A DNA stretch of 64,000 nt from a virus. Location: IMG/VR virus record IMGVR_UViG_3300025163_000003. One strand, 5' to 3'. This document shows positions 60,613 through 64,000 of the stretch, piece by piece. The notes beneath the pieces were generated by a model. That model was not told where the DNA came from. It ran no database searches and was given only the letters and a program-made list of their open reading frames with translations. Within the stretch, counting starts at the first letter, position 1; each line of letters opens with the position of its first letter. A program made the translations under genes and the position numbers.

Positions 60613-60994
60613 CTTCCTCTCTCCTCTTCAAGTATCTCACAAGTCTTAAAGCTCTTCTGACTGGAGGTTCTGGTGAAGGAGTTATAGGAGAAGTGAAGAC
60701 AAAGGCATCCTTTTCTTCCCAATAGAAGAAGCCACGATGAGTGAAGAGAAAACTAAGAGCATCTTCAACTTCTGTGATTGTCCAGAAAGCTAAAGCATTT
60801 CCTTTAACTTTCTGCCCCTCAATTACAAAACGATATTCTTGAGGCTTACGATACTTTAATAGTTTGTCTCTAAATCGTTCTAGACTAGGATTGCCTTTCA
60901 CTAGAATCATTATTCCTTCTTTACAGTCTAAAGTTTCCAAGAAAGCTAGTTTGCCTTCAAGGTCAATTAAGGATTCACTTTCAAGAGTCAACAT
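60593..60994 (-). CDS. member 2 of tandem triplicated gene family
   Basis: See 60193..60612; GNPSLERFRDKLLKY...HRGFFYWEEKDAFVFT. Confidence 0.45.
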   Translation of the reverse strand: MLTLESESLIDLEGKLAFLETLDCKEGIMILVKGNPSLERFRDKLLKYRKPQEYRFVIEGQKVKGNALAFWTITEVEDALSFLFTHRGFFYWEEKDAFVFTSPITPSPEPPVRRALRLVRYLKRREEDDNNRE

Positions 60995-61457
60995 CTTTAT
61001 TCCGTGCCTTCAAATATCTTATGAACTTTAAAGCTCTCTTGACTCCTGCTTCTTTTGGATTCTTCATGATTCCAAAGTCATAGTCAAAGACTAACAACTC
61101 TTCTTCTATCCAATAGTAGAAACCGTATGTAGGCAAGACTTCTTTGATTCTTTTCTCCTTGTGTATGATGTTGTAGTAAGGAACAACAGTCCCATTGAAC
61201 TTTTGACCATCTATTGTGAAATGAGCATTCTTGATTTTCCTCATTCGTTTCAAGTTTTCACAGTAAGATTCCAAGTGTGGATTACCAGAGACTTTTATCA
61301 GAATTGATTCTTCACATTCTAAGAACTCCAAGAACATCAAGATATTTTCCAATTCTTCTAGTGTTTTGTTCTCTATGATTATCATCTTCTCACCTAGTGA
61401 CGGAGGAAACAGACATGAATGTTTTTCCTCAGACATAACTGACATTCTTTCATGCAT
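60981..61457 (-). CDS. member 1 of tandem triplicated gene family
   Basis: See 60193..60612; GNPHLESYCENLKRM...TYGFYYWIEEELLVFD. Confidence 0.45.
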   Translation of the reverse strand: MHERMSVMSEEKHSCLFPPSLGEKMIIIENKTLEELENILMFLEFLECEESILIKVSGNPHLESYCENLKRMRKIKNAHFTIDGQKFNGTVVPYYNIIHKEKRIKEVLPTYGFYYWIEEELLVFDYDFGIMKNPKEAGVKRALKFIRYLKARNKDVDS

Positions 61458-62002
61458 TCTATTTTCTTACCCTTCTTCTTAGCTAGTTGCTCTGGACAGA
61501 TAAACTCAAATGACTTCCTTTCACTTGGTTTCTCTATTACTCTGGCAGTTGACTTTTCCCAGTTAACTTTCTCTGGAAATCTAGATTCTACACTTTGTAT
61601 TATTCGCAAGTTGTCTGGTATATTGTCCCAGAAGTTGTCAAAGAAGTATGACTTTGTGTAAGCATAGAAAATTTTGTCTGGTAGTTGTCTAGCTATTTCA
61701 CACCATTTGTTCAAGTATTCTTTGTTGTAGAAGTCACCACTCTCATGTAAACGGATAATTGTCTCTTTTCGTTTCCTTAAGAATTGAACTATCTTTTCAA
61801 CAAACTGTTCACTTTTAGAGAACTCAAAATTTCTTAATCGTGATTTTCTTGCAGATGGATAACATCTTTCAGCCTTGAGGGCATAACAGATTCTTCTACA
61901 ATAGGTTGAACTGCCAGGACAAGTCTTTACAGCTGGTAAGTTCCAGATAAGAACATTATTGGACAACTTTCTATTTCCTTTACTGAAAGTAAATTCCTTC
62001 AA
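61394..62002 (-). CDS. Cys-rich hypothetical protein
   Basis: VKTCPGSSTYCRRICYALKAERCYP cluster plus C-terminal CMKECQLCLRKNIHVC. Confidence 0.3.
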   Translation of the reverse strand: MKEFTFSKGNRKLSNNVLIWNLPAVKTCPGSSTYCRRICYALKAERCYPSARKSRLRNFEFSKSEQFVEKIVQFLRKRKETIIRLHESGDFYNKEYLNKWCEIARQLPDKIFYAYTKSYFFDNFWDNIPDNLRIIQSVESRFPEKVNWEKSTARVIEKPSERKSFEFICPEQLAKKKGKKIECMKECQLCLRKNIHVCFLRH

Positions 62003-62011
62003 ATTCCTCCC

Positions 62012-62308
62012 TCACAATACATCAACAAGTTCAACTTTATCTTTTGTAACTTGGACTCTTCTTATTCCATCATCTATCCAGACAATTTCAATCATTACTG
62101 CATGTTCTTTTACTTCAACAACTTTACCTATCCAACCAGCTGTTAGAATCCAAAATTGAAGATGAGTTCTGTCTGGTAATGCAATTGTTCTAACTAGGTT
62201 GATTACTTCTTTTGTTCTGACTATGGAGTTGAGAGGGAAGTCAACACCTAATAAGTTTCTCAAGTCCTCTAAGGAATCAGATTGTGTTTCAATAGTATCC
62301 TTATCCAT
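62012..62308 (-). CDS. hypothetical protein
   Basis: 98 aa. Confidence 0.3.
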   Translation of the reverse strand: MDKDTIETQSDSLEDLRNLLGVDFPLNSIVRTKEVINLVRTIALPDRTHLQFWILTAGWIGKVVEVKEHAVMIEIVWIDDGIRRVQVTKDKVELVDVL

Positions 62309-62652
62309 TTTCTAAACCTCCTCTTGAAGTTTGAATTGACGAAGTAGAATCTCTTCTCATCTGGACAATAAGCAAAACCAAATTGACCTAATTCCCTTTC
62401 CCAAAACTTTTCCTTGTCACAGATAATCCAATAAGGAACAACTTTAACTCCTGTAAATCCTCTTGTCTGAGTAGGATAGGTTTCTAGTCTCTGAGCATAT
62501 CTCTTGAGGAAAGTGAGATAGTCTATTGGTATTTTGACTTCAGTTGAAGTTGTTTCTGGAAAGAGACCAAGTTCCATGAGAAGAAAGAAGTTCTCTACTG
62601 CTCGTAGGATTTTAGTCTTTGACCATTTTTCATTCATTAGTAAGCCACACAT
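62269..62652 (-). CDS. hypothetical protein
   Basis: 127 aa. Confidence 0.3.
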   Translation of the reverse strand: MCGLLMNEKWSKTKILRAVENFFLLMELGLFPETTSTEVKIPIDYLTFLKRYAQRLETYPTQTRGFTGVKVVPYWIICDKEKFWERELGQFGFAYCPDEKRFYFVNSNFKRRFRKWIRILLKHNLIP

Positions 62653-63014
62653 GAAATCATTATGACTAAGAACTTTGTGTATATCCAGATTGTCTTTCTT
62701 GAAACTTGTATCTGCTTCTGAATGAAATAATGTTTCACTAACTCATATAAAGCTCCTTTAGAGAGACAAGCTAAGTTACAACCCAAGTCATTCCTTATCC
62801 ATAAAGCTATGTCTAACAGTTTCTGAAGTGTCTTATATTCGATTTTTCCATCACTGGTTACTCCACAAGTTACTTTAGTATTCTTGTAGAGTTTAACATG
62901 AGAAACTTTCTTTTTGCTAGGAGGCAATACCCACATTCTAGCTTGAGAGTCCCATACAAATCCTAATTTCTGGAAGAGAGTCTTTCCTTCTTGGTTTCCA
63001 TTCTGCAACAACAT
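62637..63014 (-). CDS. hypothetical protein
   Basis: 125 aa. Confidence 0.3.
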   Translation of the reverse strand: MLLQNGNQEGKTLFQKLGFVWDSQARMWVLPPSKKKVSHVKLYKNTKVTCGVTSDGKIEYKTLQKLLDIALWIRNDLGCNLACLSKGALYELVKHYFIQKQIQVSRKTIWIYTKFLVIMISCVAY

Positions 63015-63394
63015 TACTCTATCACCTTCTTGAGGACTAGATATTCTCTCAACTTTTCTACTACTTCGTCTACCTTGTTCTCTTGAAGTCTCTTGAAGAA
63101 ATCTATGGAGTCAAACACTATTAACAGTTCATGTCTGTGTTTCTCTGGTATCTTTTCAAGAAGTCTAAGAAGTTCTATCACATTCTCTGGTGTTCTCCAG
63201 AAGTAAGCTTCTAAGTTTTCTGTGTCATAAATGAAAGGTTTAGAGTTCTCTTGAAAGACCTTGACAAGAAAGTCAGAAGCAAGACTCCATATTGGGCGAC
63301 TTATCCAAATTTCCTTCTCAAACTTCCAGACATCATCTTCTTGTTTCCAGATTTTGAACTTGAAGTCCATTCGTCTAACAATATATTTGCTCAT
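63014..63394 (-). CDS. hypothetical protein
   Basis: 126 aa. Confidence 0.3.
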   Translation of the reverse strand: MSKYIVRRMDFKFKIWKQEDDVWKFEKEIWISRPIWSLASDFLVKVFQENSKPFIYDTENLEAYFWRTPENVIELLRLLEKIPEKHRHELLIVFDSIDFFKRLQENKVDEVVEKLREYLVLKKVIE

Positions 63395-63699
63395 TCTTTA
63401 ACTGCCTCTCTCAAGACTAGATTAGCTGTTTCTGTCTTGTTGAGTTTTATCTTAGTGAATTTGAAGTAATAGAGACAACCTCCAAACAAGTCTCTTATTT
63501 TCTTTCTCACTTCCTCTGGTGTCATGTTCTCTACTTTAGCTTTAACATGATAACCATTAGGCTTGTATTCTAATCTCTTAAGAGTGAGTTCTGAACAGAA
63601 GAGAGCTAATTGATTGGTGACAAACACAGCATCAACTTTTATTCTTTCCTTGTCTCGATACATAATAGAACCCAAGTGGATGTCAAATTCTACTTCCAT
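63391..63699 (-). CDS. hypothetical protein
   Basis: 102 aa. Confidence 0.3.
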   Translation of the reverse strand: MEVEFDIHLGSIMYRDKERIKVDAVFVTNQLALFCSELTLKRLEYKPNGYHVKAKVENMTPEEVRKKIRDLFGGCLYYFKFTKIKLNKTETANLVLREAVKE

Positions 63700-63708
63700 C
63701 TTCTCACC

Positions 63709-63972
63709 TTAAGCTATGTAACTTGGAGTCTTCTCTTTCTCTTTCACTTTCAAGGTGATTTTCCTCTTATCAACCTCTACTTTGTCTGAAAGTTGAAATT
63801 CTACTGCTAGTAGTTTACCAGCATTTCTGACTGGAATGAACAGAGGATAGTATAGACCTTCTGCTTTCTCTATGAAGATAGGAGTCAAGACTTCTCTAGT
63901 CTTCCGTCTCTTCATCAAACAAATCTTCTTCAGCAGTGCTTTCAAACCCTTTAATTTCTGCAAACTCATCAT
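63709..63972 (-). CDS. hypothetical protein
   Basis: 87 aa. Confidence 0.3.
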   Translation of the reverse strand: MMSLQKLKGLKALLKKICLMKRRKTREVLTPIFIEKAEGLYYPLFIPVRNAGKLLAVEFQLSDKVEVDKRKITLKVKEKEKTPSYIA

Positions 63973-64000
63973 CTCTGTAAAAGTCTTTCTTGAACCTATT

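Noticed and set aside
13709-63469. About 45 short + strand ORFs embedded in minus-strand genes (e.g. 13709..14071, 14791..14991, 15320..15688, 16902..17392, 18024..18554, 20059..20247, 23979..24260, 28172..29473, 40083..40379, 47120..47506, 49946..50194, 61452..61661)
   Set aside because: Each lies antisense within a minus-strand gene that has recognisable domains or strong coupling. None has its own signals or motifs.
1-64000. CRISPR array, tRNA/rRNA genes, IS/transposase or integrase
   Set aside because: No regularly spaced direct repeats, no transposase or integrase-like ORF, and no obvious cloverleaf-forming intergenic segment. The intergenic space is too small for rRNA, though tRNAs cannot be excluded without a search tool.
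12105-64000. Interpretation of the minus-strand array as host (thaumarchaeal) chromosome rather than virus
   Set aside because: Host-like genes (GS, TopoIB, Alba, eS30, eL40, ribonucleotide reductase) are interleaved at gene-by-gene resolution. Around them lie a dozen small Zn-ribbon proteins, ParB nucleases, a MoxR-vWA module and overlapping micro-ORFs, all on one strand and contiguous with a tail module. This pattern is typical of a viral genome with captured host genes. A provirus boundary cannot be excluded without flanking sequence.

Overview
This window (about 36% GC, coding-dense) looks like part of the genome of a tailed archaeal virus (Caudoviricetes-like) or provirus; no rRNA, tRNA or CRISPR array was recognised by eye. 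Positions 1-12005 on the + strand hold a siphovirus-type tail module: neck proteins, two tandem major-tail-protein paralogs, a gpG-like chaperone with a putative -1 frameshift site, a 791-aa tape-measure protein, a tail-tip protein and a 1615-aa fibre with FN3-like and CBM-like domains. It is followed by a candidate protease-based lysis cassette: an XhlA-like protein, a trypsin-fold protease and two holin-like proteins. Positions 12105-64000 form a single minus-strand array of about 95 tightly packed, often overlapping genes. This array contains an aminosugar and glycosylation island, a replication and repair module (PolB, short XPF/ERCC4, RecA-superfamily ATPase, ParB-like, DHH phosphoesterase), a nucleotide-metabolism module (ribonucleotide reductase with ATP-cone, MazG-like, HD, sugar nucleotidyltransferase, 2-deoxyribosyltransferase-like), a ClpP-like protease, an SPFH protein, a glutamine synthetase and a eukaryotic-type topoisomerase IB. 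It also encodes RNase H, an ATP-dependent ligase, a MoxR-metallopeptidase-vWA trio, an Alba chromatin protein, and apparent homologs of ribosomal proteins eS30 and eL40, the latter on an unlisted ORF under 60 aa. A tandem triplicated gene array and many small Zn-ribbon proteins are also present. The gene content and low GC suggest a host in Nitrososphaerota (Thaumarchaeota). All calls rest on motifs read from the provided translations and the sequence; no database search was run.
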